Assembly (NCBI GenBank): GCA_016182385.1
Contig: JACPGV010000002.1
Location: forward strand, 125,190 to 189,189
Length of the DNA stretch: 64,000 bases
From: Candidatus Moraniibacteriota bacterium
GTDB taxonomy: Bacteria; Patescibacteriota; Minisyncoccia; Moranbacterales; UBA1568
Direction of reading: 5' to 3'
A program made the translations under genes and the position numbers. The notes beneath the pieces are model-generated. The model ran no database searches, was not told where the DNA came from, and saw only the letters and a program-made list of their open reading frames with translations. This document shows positions 48,692-58,700 of this stretch, one piece after another; positions within the stretch are counted from its first letter, which is position 1, and every line of letters starts with the position of its first letter.

Positions 48692-49222
48692 ATGGCTTAT
48701 TTATCGACTCCAAAATTGATTTTCCCTACAAAAGATTATCGTGTTACAGGGCTTCCGTTTGGGAAAAAATCATCTCATGGGGGAGTATTTTGGGGAGTGC
48801 ACCTTGGGGAAGATTATTTTGCTTCCGCCGGTACGGATGTGTATGCGTGTGGGCGTGGCACGGTGGTATATGCGGCATTACATGCGGGTTCTCAAGAAAA
48901 AGGAAACTGGGGTCACGTTATTATTATTCGTCATAAAAGCCCTTATTCCAGACGTGTTTTTTATTCACTCTATGGCCACCTGGGAACGAGTTTCAAACGT
49001 ATTGGTGAAAAAGTGGCGCTTGGCGAGCCTATTGGGTTTATTGGTGAGGGGAATACCCCAGAAAATGGCTTTTGGCCGGCACATTTGCATTTTGGGATAT
49101 ATATGGGCCCATGGAAGAAAGAAGTTTTGCCGGGATATTGGAAGGAGGGCGAGCAGAGAACGCGAATGGAGTGGTGGATAAATCCAAGTGAGTTTATTGT
49201 TGATTACGAAAAAAAAGAGTAA
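48692..49222 (+). CDS. M23 family metallopeptidase (LytM-like peptidoglycan endopeptidase)
   Basis: 176 aa; HxxxD (HLGEDYFASAGTDV), GHVIIIRH, YGHLG, AHLHFGIY zinc-ligand motifs of peptidase M23. Confidence 0.75.
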   Translation: MAYLSTPKLIFPTKDYRVTGLPFGKKSSHGGVFWGVHLGEDYFASAGTDVYACGRGTVVYAALHAGSQEKGNWGHVIIIRHKSPYSRRVFYSLYGHLGTSFKRIGEKVALGEPIGFIGEGNTPENGFWPAHLHFGIYMGPWKKEVLPGYWKEGEQRTRMEWWINPSEFIVDYEKKE

Positions 49223-49548
49223 ACCGCTTCTTAAAGCGGTTTTTAATATTCTTGCCCGACATTCTTCTGTGTCTTTGAAATATCAATTTCCTACGTGGTG
49301 CAGAATACTTGAATTAGTCCGAACGCATTTCGCCGCCTGCGGCGGCGAGGAAGCCCCCTGCGAAAATTCGGAAAGGCAGCGGAGCCGCACCGCTGACAAT
49401 TTCAAGTTTTTCTTTGACGGTATTTAATTCAGAATTCGTAAGCGAACACCAAATGCAAATATATTTTATGATAAATTCAGGAAAAAATTAAAAAAAGGGC
49501 TCCACACACGACTACTCGTGGGGAGCCCTTTGGGTTGTGGCGTATTGG

Positions 49549-49728
49549 CTACCTACACCCTAAAAGACGGGCGATGATGCCTCCCCACAACATGTGAGCG
49601 ATGTTGTGGCCGGTTTGCGCGAACCGGTTAACGTCCTCTTTGAAACTTACATCAAAGAAAACATCGATCGCTATAACAACGATGGGGCCGATGATCATTA
49701 CTCCAAGGAATTCAAGAACTTTTTTCAT
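49549..49728 (-). CDS. small hypothetical membrane protein (60 aa)
   Basis: SD AAAGGAGA 7 nt upstream of ATG (MKKVLEFLGVMIIGPIVVIAID...), single TM helix. Confidence 0.4.
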   Translation of the reverse strand: MKKVLEFLGVMIIGPIVVIAIDVFFDVSFKEDVNRFAQTGHNIAHMLWGGIIARLLGCR

Positions 49729-49899
49729 CACATCTCCTTTAATTGGTGTTGTTTTCTGCGGCACTTTACCGCAGAAAACAACGTTGGATGACGTAACTAA
49801 TATAGCATATATGCACTTGAAAGTCAAGCGTAACATAAAAAGCCCATATTTTATGGCTTTTTTTGGCTTTCGTATTGAATTAAAAATGTTCTTCCATGT

Positions 49900-49998
49900 A
49901 AACGAAATTGCGAATTCCGTTTTGAGTCAAAAACACAATACGCGCGAGCCGCCGAGCGAAGCGAGGCGACTTCTGAATCCTTGACTTTTCCAACGCGG
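49900..49998 (-). repeat. tRNA-Arg-adjacent GC-rich element carrying the shared motif CCGAGCGAAGCGAGG (plus-strand orientation)
   Basis: Immediately 3' of tRNA-Arg(TCG) on its strand; contains GAGCGAAGCGAG as in the other tRNA-linked elements; ORF 49601-49984 in the track is a spurious translation. Confidence 0.45.
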
Positions 49999-50072
49999 TG
50001 CGCTCGGAGGGGATCGAACCCCCGACCCTCTGGTTCGAAGCCAGATGCTCTAATCCACTGAGCTACGAGCGC
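49999..50072 (-). tRNA. tRNA-Arg (anticodon TCG)
   Basis: Reverse complement GCGCTCGTAGCTCAGTGGATTAGAGCATCTGGCTTCGAACCAGAGGGTCGGGGGTTCGATCCCCTCCGAGCGCACC; anticodon loop CTTCGAA. Confidence 0.8.
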
Positions 50073-50168
50073 GGAGAATATAACTCTTCTAAACCTACCT
50101 TAGATAAAATGTTCCGTCAAATAATATTTTGGTGTATACTGACAGTGTCTTATTATTAAAAAATTTTT

Positions 50169-50942
50169 ATGTCAGAAAACTTGGTAAATACTTTGAAAGG
50201 TTTCTCTTTGGCGTTGCTTGCTGTTGCGGCAGTGGGATATGTCTATCAGTATGGGCGTTTTATTGATCAGACCTATCCAACAAGAACATTTTCGGTTGAT
50301 GGTGAAGAAAAAATTGAATTAGCAAATGATATTGCCCTGTTTACCGCAAGCGTTGTTACAGAAGGCGGAAAGAATGTAGGAGAGATTCAGAAAAGAAATG
50401 TAGAAAAAATGAACGCTATCAATGAATTCTTGAAAGAGCAGGGTGTTGAAGAAAAAGATTTACAAACTGAGCAGTATTCTCTCTCTCCTCGTTATAGTTA
50501 TCCGAGCTGTGAAGGACAAACGGTATGTCCCCAGCCTTTCATTAGTGGATATACTCTCACCCAAACGCTTTCGGTGAAAGTGCGTGACATGGATAAAATA
50601 GGCGATATTCTTTCTGGTGTTACCACAAAGGGTACTCAGTCTGTTTCAGGGGTAAGTTTTACGGTTGACGACACTGATGTTGCCAAGCAAAAGGCACGCA
50701 CTCTGGCCATAGAAAAAGCGCAAAAGAAAGCTCGTGATATGGCTAAGGCGGGAGGATTCAAATTGGGAAAGCTCGTTTCTCTTTATGAGGATCAGGGAAT
50801 TATGTCCGCCACGGATATTGGATATGGCGGCATGGGTGGCGGTATCATGGAGGCCAAGGCTATCCCAGTAGCGCCTATTATTGAACCCGGTACTCAGTCG
50901 GGAAAAGCACGCGTGACGCTCACGTATGAAATAAAAAATTAG
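50169..50942 (+). CDS. SIMPL/DUF541 domain protein (periplasmic/secreted oxidative-stress-associated family)
   Basis: 257 aa; N-terminal TM anchor; SIMPL-like core ...VSGVSFTVDDTDVAKQKARTLAIEKAQKKARDMAKAGGFKLGKLVSLYE. Confidence 0.65.
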   Translation: MSENLVNTLKGFSLALLAVAAVGYVYQYGRFIDQTYPTRTFSVDGEEKIELANDIALFTASVVTEGGKNVGEIQKRNVEKMNAINEFLKEQGVEEKDLQTEQYSLSPRYSYPSCEGQTVCPQPFISGYTLTQTLSVKVRDMDKIGDILSGVTTKGTQSVSGVSFTVDDTDVAKQKARTLAIEKAQKKARDMAKAGGFKLGKLVSLYEDQGIMSATDIGYGGMGGGIMEAKAIPVAPIIEPGTQSGKARVTLTYEIKN

Positions 50943-51006
50943 CGGTTGACGTAAAGATAAAGAAAAACCCTCTCGACAACGAGAGGGTTTTTTATGAAGT
51001 TAAGCA

Positions 51007-51465
51007 TTAAGCTGTCGGAGGGACGCTACTTTTACAGCACTCACCACCGTTGTCTTCATTACAGCAGTCTTTGCAACGAGGGCAGGGGCATTTGGCAAAA
51101 AGCATCAAGCCACCAATAATGGCAATGTTCTTTAGGAATGATGTTATCTGCATTTGAGCGTTGTCGCCATTCCAGTTCATATGATACATGAGTGTGGCAA
51201 GTACCGTGAATACGATAAGCATCCATGCCGCCTGTGATGGGCGGAAATTAAGAAGAAGCATGAGACCGCCACCAAGCTTGAGGACAATAGCGACTACGGT
51301 AGCGAGTGTCGCGATACCAGCGAGGCCCCAGGGGGTAAGTCCTGATTCTACGAATTTTGCCGTACCGGAAAAATTCGTTAAAAAGTTAAAACCGCCTACA
51401 ACAAATATGAGAGACAAAAACACACGCGGCAAGTGTTTTGTTCCGAAACAAGCGTCTTTTGACAT
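51007..51465 (-). CDS. DoxX-like membrane protein with cysteine-rich C-terminal tail
   Basis: 152 aa; 4 TM helices of DoxX type; C-terminus CPCPRCKDCCNEDNGGECCKSS (9 Cys in 22 aa). Confidence 0.5.
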   Translation of the reverse strand: MSKDACFGTKHLPRVFLSLIFVVGGFNFLTNFSGTAKFVESGLTPWGLAGIATLATVVAIVLKLGGGLMLLLNFRPSQAAWMLIVFTVLATLMYHMNWNGDNAQMQITSFLKNIAIIGGLMLFAKCPCPRCKDCCNEDNGGECCKSSVPPTA

Positions 51466-51688
51466 ATCGCAAAATATTAAAAAGTTATTCTCCTTCTTTT
51501 ATTATAGGGGAAAAGTGTTCTTTTTAAAATTTTTTGTCAACTCTGTTTTTATAAAAAAAGTAAAAGAAAATAAAAAAAGGCTGTAGAAGGGCATTTTTTC
51601 GTTTTTTAGAAAAAAATATTTTGTGCGGGAAAGGGGAAAGATATCGGTAGATCTATTTTTTGAAAAAAAAGCATGAAATACTCAAAGG

Positions 51689-51760
51689 GGTGACTACAGG
51701 GAATCGAACCCTGATTCATGGTACCACAAACCATTGTCCTACCATTGAACGATAGTCACC
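51689..51760 (-). tRNA. tRNA-His (anticodon GTG) with G-1
   Basis: Reverse complement GGTGACTATCGTTCAATGGTAGGACAATGGTTTGTGGTACCATGAATCAGGGTTCGATTCCCTGTAGTCACC; extra 5' G pairing with discriminator C, loop TTGTGGT. Confidence 0.8.
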
Positions 51761-51828
51761 CCTTTGTTTACTTCTTTTGTTCAAAGAAAAGGCCTAGAAG
51801 TCCGCGGTTTCCCGCCTGCCAAAGTCTG

Positions 51829-51900
51829 TGCCCCGAGAGGGAATCGAACCCCCATCAACGGCTTAGAAGTCCGCGGCTCTATCCATTGAGCTATCGGGGC
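51829..51900 (-). tRNA. tRNA-Arg (anticodon TCT)
   Basis: Reverse complement GCCCCGATAGCTCAATGGATAGAGCCGCGGACTTCTAAGCCGTTGATGGGGGTTCGATTCCCTCTCGGGGCA; A31-G39 mismatch in anticodon stem lowers confidence. Confidence 0.65.
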
Positions 51901-51930
51901 AAGCCCAAATCATTTTCTTTTCTTCACGTG

Positions 51931-52003
51931 TGGGTGTAGTAGGGATCGAACCTACGACCGTTGGCTTAAGAGGCCACTGCTCTACCAACTGAGCTATACA
52001 CCC
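51931..52003 (-). tRNA. tRNA-Lys (anticodon CTT)
   Basis: Reverse complement GGGTGTATAGCTCAGTTGGTAGAGCAGTGGCCTCTTAAGCCAACGGTCGTAGGTTCGATCCCTACTACACCCA; anticodon loop CTCTTAA. Confidence 0.75.
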
Positions 52004-52095
52004 GTTATTTGATGATGTTTTTTCAAGAAAAACAAAAAGCGTTTTTACCAAAACGCAAAGCAATGGTAACAAGAAACATCATTTTTGTAAAGGTT

Positions 52096-53388
52096 CTATG
52101 AGTGAATTTTTTTGTAATCCTCCCATTGTTTTTTTGACCAATTAGAGGGCTTTTCTTTGAGGGGTTCTTCTCCCGGATGAGGAAAAAGAGCGGGTGATTT
52201 GTAATTGCTCCAAAAGCTATCATTGATAATAATATTTCCCGAAGTATCCGTAACGAGCTGACTAAAAACGGTTTTCATGCTGCCATCGGGGTTACTTTGA
52301 AGTACGTGAGGTCCATCAATAGAAACAGCGCGACCATCTTTGGTTCCATAAAAACGAAAGGTCAGCTCTGTTCCTTCAATTGTTGGTTGCATAAGGATAG
52401 CCCCCGGTGTGTTGTTGACAAAAGCGAGATCGGGCTTGGGAATGTAAATGGTGGCATCCATGCCGTAAGGACGATAGTAACGAACAGGGTAAGCGTGATT
52501 GCGCCGCTCGGTGATTTTCATCCCGCTGTGAATAGCGGCACGAAATACCGTGCTCGACACCTGACAAATGCCACCACCGAATTCCGGAACGGTTTCGTTG
52601 TGTTTGATGACCAATTCTGGAAGATATCCGTGTTCGCCATCGACTTCGCCGAGATATTTTACAAAAGAAAATTCTTCACCGGGGGCGATGATAATGTTTT
52701 CAAACTGCTGGAGAGCTCGTTTGATATTGTAAATACGATTTTTTGGAGAACCGCGGAAATCGGTTTTTCCTTCGCCAATGAGTTCATGAAGTCCCAATCG
52801 TTCACGATCGTCAGCCGTAAGTTTTGGTTTGATGATTTCTGTCGGAAGAACGATAGTCTTTTTTTCGAGATCCGCTGTTTGGAAAAAATCCAAAAGAAGA
52901 ACCATAGCCTCTTTTTCTTTGAGACGGTAACCGTTTTTTTCAGGTGTGGTAATAACTACTTTGCCATCGACAACACCAAAGCGCGCGTCGCTTGGTTCTT
53001 GGAGTGTTTTTTCCTTGAGTTCGGTTATAAAATTTTCTAATGCCAAGGTATCGACAGTGCTTGTAAGAATATTAATTACTCGTTCATGCGCATGACGAGA
53101 GAGAGAAAATTCACAGAAAAAATAAGCGTGTGGACAATGAGAAATATCTTCTATTTCAGATCGAATTTTTGGTGAACGGACGATCTTGGTATCCAGATGG
53201 GTAAAGCGAGAAATATCCTCAAGAGAAAGAGCTTCTTGATATTCACCAGCCTTGAGTGTGATCGGACCGGGTAGAGCAGCTGATACTGGAAGTGGAGAAA
53301 AAACGAAAAAAAAGAACATAACAAAAACACCCCAAAACGGTAAGGGCAGATTTTTTTTCTGGATATATTGAAGAGGGGTATCATTCAT
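52096..53388 (-). CDS. VanW family protein (membrane-anchored)
   Basis: 430 aa; N-terminal TM; C-terminal VanW-like core (GGICQVSSTVFRAAIHSGMKITERRNHAYPVRYYRPYGMDATIY). Confidence 0.7.
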   Translation of the reverse strand: MNDTPLQYIQKKNLPLPFWGVFVMFFFFVFSPLPVSAALPGPITLKAGEYQEALSLEDISRFTHLDTKIVRSPKIRSEIEDISHCPHAYFFCEFSLSRHAHERVINILTSTVDTLALENFITELKEKTLQEPSDARFGVVDGKVVITTPEKNGYRLKEKEAMVLLLDFFQTADLEKKTIVLPTEIIKPKLTADDRERLGLHELIGEGKTDFRGSPKNRIYNIKRALQQFENIIIAPGEEFSFVKYLGEVDGEHGYLPELVIKHNETVPEFGGGICQVSSTVFRAAIHSGMKITERRNHAYPVRYYRPYGMDATIYIPKPDLAFVNNTPGAILMQPTIEGTELTFRFYGTKDGRAVSIDGPHVLQSNPDGSMKTVFSQLVTDTSGNIIINDSFWSNYKSPALFPHPGEEPLKEKPSNWSKKQWEDYKKIHS

Positions 53389-53450
53389 AGAACAAAACCG
53401 GTTTCGTGGTAAAAAGAAACCGGCAGAAAAAAGAAAAATTCCTGAACGTT

Positions 53451-53999
53451 TTAGAATCCGCGTACTTGAATTTTTTTCGTTTTTGTTGTGTCGGCTTTGG
53501 GTAAGCGGATAGTAAGAATTCCATTTTTTAATGAGGCATCAGCTTTTTCCGGAATAACATCAACTGGGAGTAAGACAGAACGCGAAAAAGATCCCCAGTA
53601 ACATTCTTGATAGTAATAATTGCTATTTTCCACGATTTCTTCATTTTTTCGTTCACCTTTGACGGTAACCATATCATTATTAATGGAAACATCAAGATCT
53701 TCCGGTCTGACGCCGGCAATAGTCGACTTGATAACGATATCATTTTCTGTTTGATATACATCGATAGTCAATTGTCCTTCTGATCCGTCGTTTTCCATTG
53801 TGCTTGCCTGTCCAAAAGAAGCAGTCGCTCCCCAGGAATCTTCGTTGCGGATAGGAAAGGCATGTGATGGTTCGTTCATAGTGTTTGTTTCTTTTTCTTC
53901 GTTATAAACCGGAATGGATTCTTCGTAATTTTCTTCATCACGAATATCTTTAGCGCCGGTCAATCGCTCAAAAAACGAGCGTTTTTGTTTAGTGGTCAT
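53451..53999 (-). CDS. Hsp20/alpha-crystallin family small heat-shock protein
   Basis: 182 aa; alpha-crystallin domain GQLTIDVYQTENDIVIKSTIAGVRPEDLDVSINNDMVTVKGER...GILTIRLPK. Confidence 0.8.
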   Translation of the reverse strand: MTTKQKRSFFERLTGAKDIRDEENYEESIPVYNEEKETNTMNEPSHAFPIRNEDSWGATASFGQASTMENDGSEGQLTIDVYQTENDIVIKSTIAGVRPEDLDVSINNDMVTVKGERKNEEIVENSNYYYQECYWGSFSRSVLLPVDVIPEKADASLKNGILTIRLPKADTTKTKKIQVRGF

Positions 54000-54089
54000 A
54001 CCTTGACGATTTAGGTAATAAAAATCATATTTTCAGTATACGTCATTCCAAAAACTGATGCAAGAATAATGAACTGAGCATTTCTTATG

Positions 54090-54881
54090 TTAATCCGCGA
54101 GAGCAATTTTTAGTTTGGCCAGTGCGGCGGCGGCAGTGGTGCGAAAGGTACCGATGGCTTTATTTATGGCCGCTTTCTTCGTATTTGAGAGAGATTCGAT
54201 TTGAGAACGGACTTTTTCAGCGTTTTGTTTGTCTGTTTTGAGTTGGCTGCGAGCCGCTTTGAGACTGTTGCGGAAATTTTTCTTTATTTCTACTGTTGTT
54301 TTCCCGTTGTCACAGTCGGTTTTTACTTGAGCGACTGCCGCGTCTACTGCGGATTTAAATTTTGTTTGCGCATCTTTCATTGATGTTTCACGAGAGGTAA
54401 TCGCACTATCAACCCCATCACGAAAAGATTTGATAGCTGAGTCAACAGCAGCTTGCCGAGTGTCGACAGCCTCTTCTATTGTTTGTTTGAAAACAAGGAC
54501 AGCATCTTTTTCTTCCTCAGTATCGGCACGCGCTTCAAGACGCTCGTACCACTCGGCGCGGCGAGCATCGGAGGCGGAGCGAAAATCAGAGAGTTTGTTG
54601 TCGCGGGAGTCTCGACGCTCTTCCAATTGTTCTTCTTTTCCATCAAGAAAATCAGTAACTTTTTCTTGTCGTTCAGCAATATTTTTGGCTATTTTTTCTG
54701 CTGTGGCGGTAAAATTAGCGCAAAATTCTTCGGTGTTTTTAATTTTCAGATTAATCGGTGGAAGATCTATTTTTGGGGTAAGGTCAATGGTAGGAAACGT
54801 CCACGCAAAAGTAGTGGGTGCGGAAAAAATAAACAGAACGCTTAAGCTAAAAACAAGGAATTTAGTATTCATCTTCGTCAT
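54090..54881 (-). CDS. hypothetical secreted coiled-coil protein
   Basis: 263 aa; signal peptide (FLVFSLSVLFIFSAPTTFA), helical A/K/E-rich repeats. Confidence 0.45.
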   Translation of the reverse strand: MTKMNTKFLVFSLSVLFIFSAPTTFAWTFPTIDLTPKIDLPPINLKIKNTEEFCANFTATAEKIAKNIAERQEKVTDFLDGKEEQLEERRDSRDNKLSDFRSASDARRAEWYERLEARADTEEEKDAVLVFKQTIEEAVDTRQAAVDSAIKSFRDGVDSAITSRETSMKDAQTKFKSAVDAAVAQVKTDCDNGKTTVEIKKNFRNSLKAARSQLKTDKQNAEKVRSQIESLSNTKKAAINKAIGTFRTTAAAALAKLKIALAD

Positions 54882-55221
54882 AAGATTGTCCTAAATCATT
54901 AATAATTTTACTGCCGGTATCAAGGGAAGAAATTTCACCGGTAGTTTCTTCGGTGAGGGTGTTTTGGTCGCCGCTAACATCATCGGTGATTTTTTTGACG
55001 ATATCATCAATATTTTCTTTTTCTGAAGGAGAATCGTTTTTGGTTGGTGTCGGGGTGGGCGCTGACGTGTCTTTCTTTTCTTTTTCTCCTGTTGTTTGCG
55101 CGGTCGGCAGAGTGTTTGTGTCATCGCTTGTTTTACGCGATCCGAGCCAGTATGCTCCGAAAAAAATCGCCGCCACAAGAACAATGCCCAAAACAATCTT
55201 TAACCAAGGCTTCTGTTCCAT
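54862..55221 (-). CDS. hypothetical membrane-anchored acidic protein
   Basis: 119 aa; N-terminal TM (LKIVLGIVLVAAIFFGAYWLG), T/D/E-rich tail; overlaps the downstream gene start by 20 nt. Confidence 0.4.
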   Translation of the reverse strand: MEQKPWLKIVLGIVLVAAIFFGAYWLGSRKTSDDTNTLPTAQTTGEKEKKDTSAPTPTPTKNDSPSEKENIDDIVKKITDDVSGDQNTLTEETTGEISSLDTGSKIINDLGQSYDEDEY

Positions 55222-55292
55222 AACATTTTTCCTGAAGAAATTATGTTTTTATTGTAGCACAGGAAGAGAAAATGTCGAAAAAAGTCAATATC

Positions 55293-55745
55293 CTAAAGAA
55301 AAATCAAAAAAGAGTTATAAAGACCGTGCAGGAGGATGGCGGTAAAAAGGGTAAAAAATACGAAAGGTCGGGGAAAGCGAGATATCGCGAAAAAAAGAGA
55401 AAAACCGGTAGTCATATGCACGAGAAAAATACCGGTAAGATTAAGAAGAGAAGGGAAATGGGTAGTCATGGTGATAGTAAGGATTTCTGTGCAGGAAAAA
55501 CCAACCCCGAATAAACCGCCGAGCAGAAGAAGACGAAAAAAAGAAGGAAGGGATGTAGAGTGCGCAAACCTTATTATGTATTGTTTGAGAAAAAACAATT
55601 TGCACGTTTCTTCTATAAAAACAAAAAACCATAAAGAAAAGAATCCTCTGAGAGGAAGAAGAAAGACGCTAGAAAAGAGGAGTTCTACAATGAGAGCGAA
55701 GCCGGCTGCGAGAAGACCGAAAATAAAAATAATGAGAGGAGGCAT
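55293..55745 (-). CDS. hypothetical polytopic membrane protein
   Basis: 150 aa, 4 TM helices; stop 4 nt after valS. Confidence 0.4.
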   Translation of the reverse strand: MPPLIIFIFGLLAAGFALIVELLFSSVFLLPLRGFFSLWFFVFIEETCKLFFLKQYIIRFAHSTSLPSFFRLLLLGGLFGVGFSCTEILTITMTTHFPSLLNLTGIFLVHMTTGFSLFFAISRFPRPFVFFTLFTAILLHGLYNSFLIFL

Positions 55746-55748
55746 AGA

Positions 55749-58700
55749 TTAGTTTTGTAATGATGCCAGATGATTTTTGATATCAAGAAGCTGTTTTTGC
55801 GATTCTTTGAGTTTGCCGTGTTTTGTTTCGATGATTTCTTTTTTAGCGCGTTCGATAAAGTTTTTGTTCGAGAGTTTGGCTTCGAGTGTCGCGATATATT
55901 TTTCTTTTTCGTCTTTTTCTTTTGTGAAGCGCGCCCGTTCTTTGGCGATATCGACGACGCCATCGAGATGAAGGAAAGCAGAGAGGAGTCCGTATTGGAC
56001 GCGAAGAGTGTTTTTCGGCGCGACAGCGCTTTTGAGTGTTTGAAGTTTATCGATGCGCGCGAGACGTTTGAAAATTTCTTCGTTGCCACGAAGGGTTTGT
56101 TCGGACTCGCCGAAAGCGCTCACAGTCATCTTTTGTGCCGGATCGATATGGTAAGCCGCGCGGACATTGCGGATAGTCGAGATGAGTCCTTTCACGAGCT
56201 CGAAGCGATTTTCCGTGGCGATTTCAAGTTTTGTCGTATCGAATTCTGGCCACTTGGCGATCATCAGAAATTCGTTCGTATCGAAATGGAACGTCTGGTG
56301 TATGGCTTCGGTGACGAACGGCATAAAGGGATGCCAGAGTTTGAGGATTTTGTCGAAAGCGTAGCGGAGCAGGGCATCGTTTTTCTCGACCTTGTGCACT
56401 TCGACATACCAGTCGGCGAAATCACCCCAAGTGAACTCGCGGAGCTCTTCGGCGGCGAGCGAAAGCTCGTAGCGTTCGAGGTGGCGTGTGATGTCGCGGA
56501 CGATCGCGTGGAGTTTTTTTATCAGGTACTGGTCTGCATCCGTCTTTGGCTCTGGCGGCGTATTCGTTTTTTCTGTCATGGTGCCGACATAACGCGCGAG
56601 ATTCCAAAGCTTGTTGGTGAAATTACGCATCATAACGATCTTTTCATCTGAGAGCCTGAGATCGTTGCCGGGTGTTGAACCGGAAATAAGTGCCATACGA
56701 AGCGCGTCAGCACCGTATTTTTCTGAAACCGTGAGCGGGTCGATTACGTTGCCGAGACTTTTACTCATCTTGCGACCCTGTTCGTCGCGGACGAGGCCGT
56801 GAAGATAGATGGTGTCGAAAGGGTGTGTGTCGAGGAGATATTCCGTCATAAGAATCATCCGTGCCACCCAGAAAAAGAGGATGTCATAGCCGGTTTCGAG
56901 GAGACTGGTCGGATGATAATTTTTGAAATCAACCGCGTTTTCATCTGGCCAGCCGAGCGTTGAGAACGTCCACAATCCCGACGAGAACCACGTATCGAGC
57001 GTATCAGGATCTTGTTCAAAGAAATGATGGCCACAATATTCGCATGGCTTGAGAATATCAATAGAAAGCGGAGTGGCATTCGGGAACCTTTTGATGTTCA
57101 TGATGGATTCTGGTGTAACACCTTGTATTTTTCTCCAGAGTGCGCGCAGTACGGCTCCATGGCTCGTTATGAGCACGTTTTTATGGGAATGTTTTTCAAG
57201 ATGTTCCGAGACTGCTTTCCAGATTCTGTTTTCTGCCTCCTCATAACTTTCATTATTAGCGGATTTTCCATTGTATTTTTGGAGATCTGGGAATCGTTTT
57301 TTCGTTTCTGAATATGATAGGCCTTCGGCTTTGCCCATATTTCTTTCTTGGAGACGGTCATCAATGATGATTTCATCCACTCCTATTTTTTTACCGATGA
57401 TTTTGGCTGTTTCGTGTGCTCGAGAAAGGTGTGAGCTGAAGATAACTCCGATATTTTCAGCGGCGAGTTTTTCTGCTGTAAGACGTGCCTGTTCGCGTCC
57501 GGTTTCGTTGAGCGGAATATCAGTGGTTCCGGCGTTGATTTCTTTCTTGTTCCAATCTGTTTCTCCATGGCGCACAAAAAACCATCGGGACTTTACGGTT
57601 GCGTTGATGCGTTCTTTTTTGCAGGAGAGACAGTACCACACGGGAATGCGATGGCCGAACCAAATCTGGCGTGAGATACACCAGTCGCGGAGATTGTCGA
57701 TCCAGTGGAAGTATGTTTTGGAGAATCGTTCGGGGAGAAGAGTAATTTTTCCTGGCCCGACGGCTTCGCGCATCAGTTGTTTGAGTGTCGTCTTTTTTCC
57801 ACTATGGTCGAATTCTTTGTTCACCGCTACGAACCATTGGCGCATCGGGATGATTTCGAGTACGTCTTCGTAGCGATCGCTTGTCCCGACGTTTTGTGTG
57901 ATGTCTTCTTCTTTCTCAATGAGATCGTTCTCACGGAGCCAGAGGACGAATTTTTCACGCGCTTCGAGTGTTGTGAGGTGGGCATAGTCTTGGCCCGCTT
58001 CGGCCGTCATGGTTCCGTCAGTGTCGATGACTTGGATGAGATCGATTTCTGGATGACGCTCACGCATTTCGAAATCGGCATGACTGTGGGCGGGTGTGAC
58101 GCCGACCGCGCCGGTACCAAACGCGGGGTCGACGGATTCGTCCGCGATGATTTTGATTGCAAGCGGTTTGGCGGAGCCTACGTCGGCAGTGAATGTTTGC
58201 CCGATGTATTTTTTGTAACGTTCGTCATCCGGATGGACAGCGATAGCCGTATCGCCGAGCTTGGTTTCGGGACGGGTGGTCGCGATGGCGATAGGAAAAT
58301 TTTTCGAGTAGCGGAAGGTATAGAGTTTTGCTTGCCGTTCAATAGTGACGACCTCATCGTCGGAACAGGTGGACTGCCCCTTGATCGTCCAGTTGACGAC
58401 ACGATAACCGCGGTAGATGAGTCCGTCATCATACATTTTTTTGAAGGCGGTACGGACAGAAAGACTGCGTTTTTCATCGAGTGTGTAGGCTTCGCGCGAC
58501 CAGTCGAGTGACGCGCCCATTTTTTTGGTCTGATGGACGATCGTGTCGTGACTTTGCTGAGCAAATGTTTCAATACGTTTCAAAAATTCTTCCCGACCGA
58601 GATCGAAGCGGGTTTTTTGTTCTTCTTTCCAAAGAATGTTTTCCACTTTGCTTTGTGTGGCGACAGCGGCGTGGTCAGTGCCGGGGATCCAAAGTGTCCG

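Noticed and set aside
49601-49984. 127-aa plus-strand ORF across the tRNA-Arg(TCG) flank
   Set aside because: It overlaps the minus-strand small membrane gene and the repeat motif next to the tRNA. It has no RBS and is a spurious frame.
55770-56651. 293-aa plus-strand ORF antisense to valS
   Set aside because: Shadow ORF within a highly conserved aminoacyl-tRNA synthetase gene.
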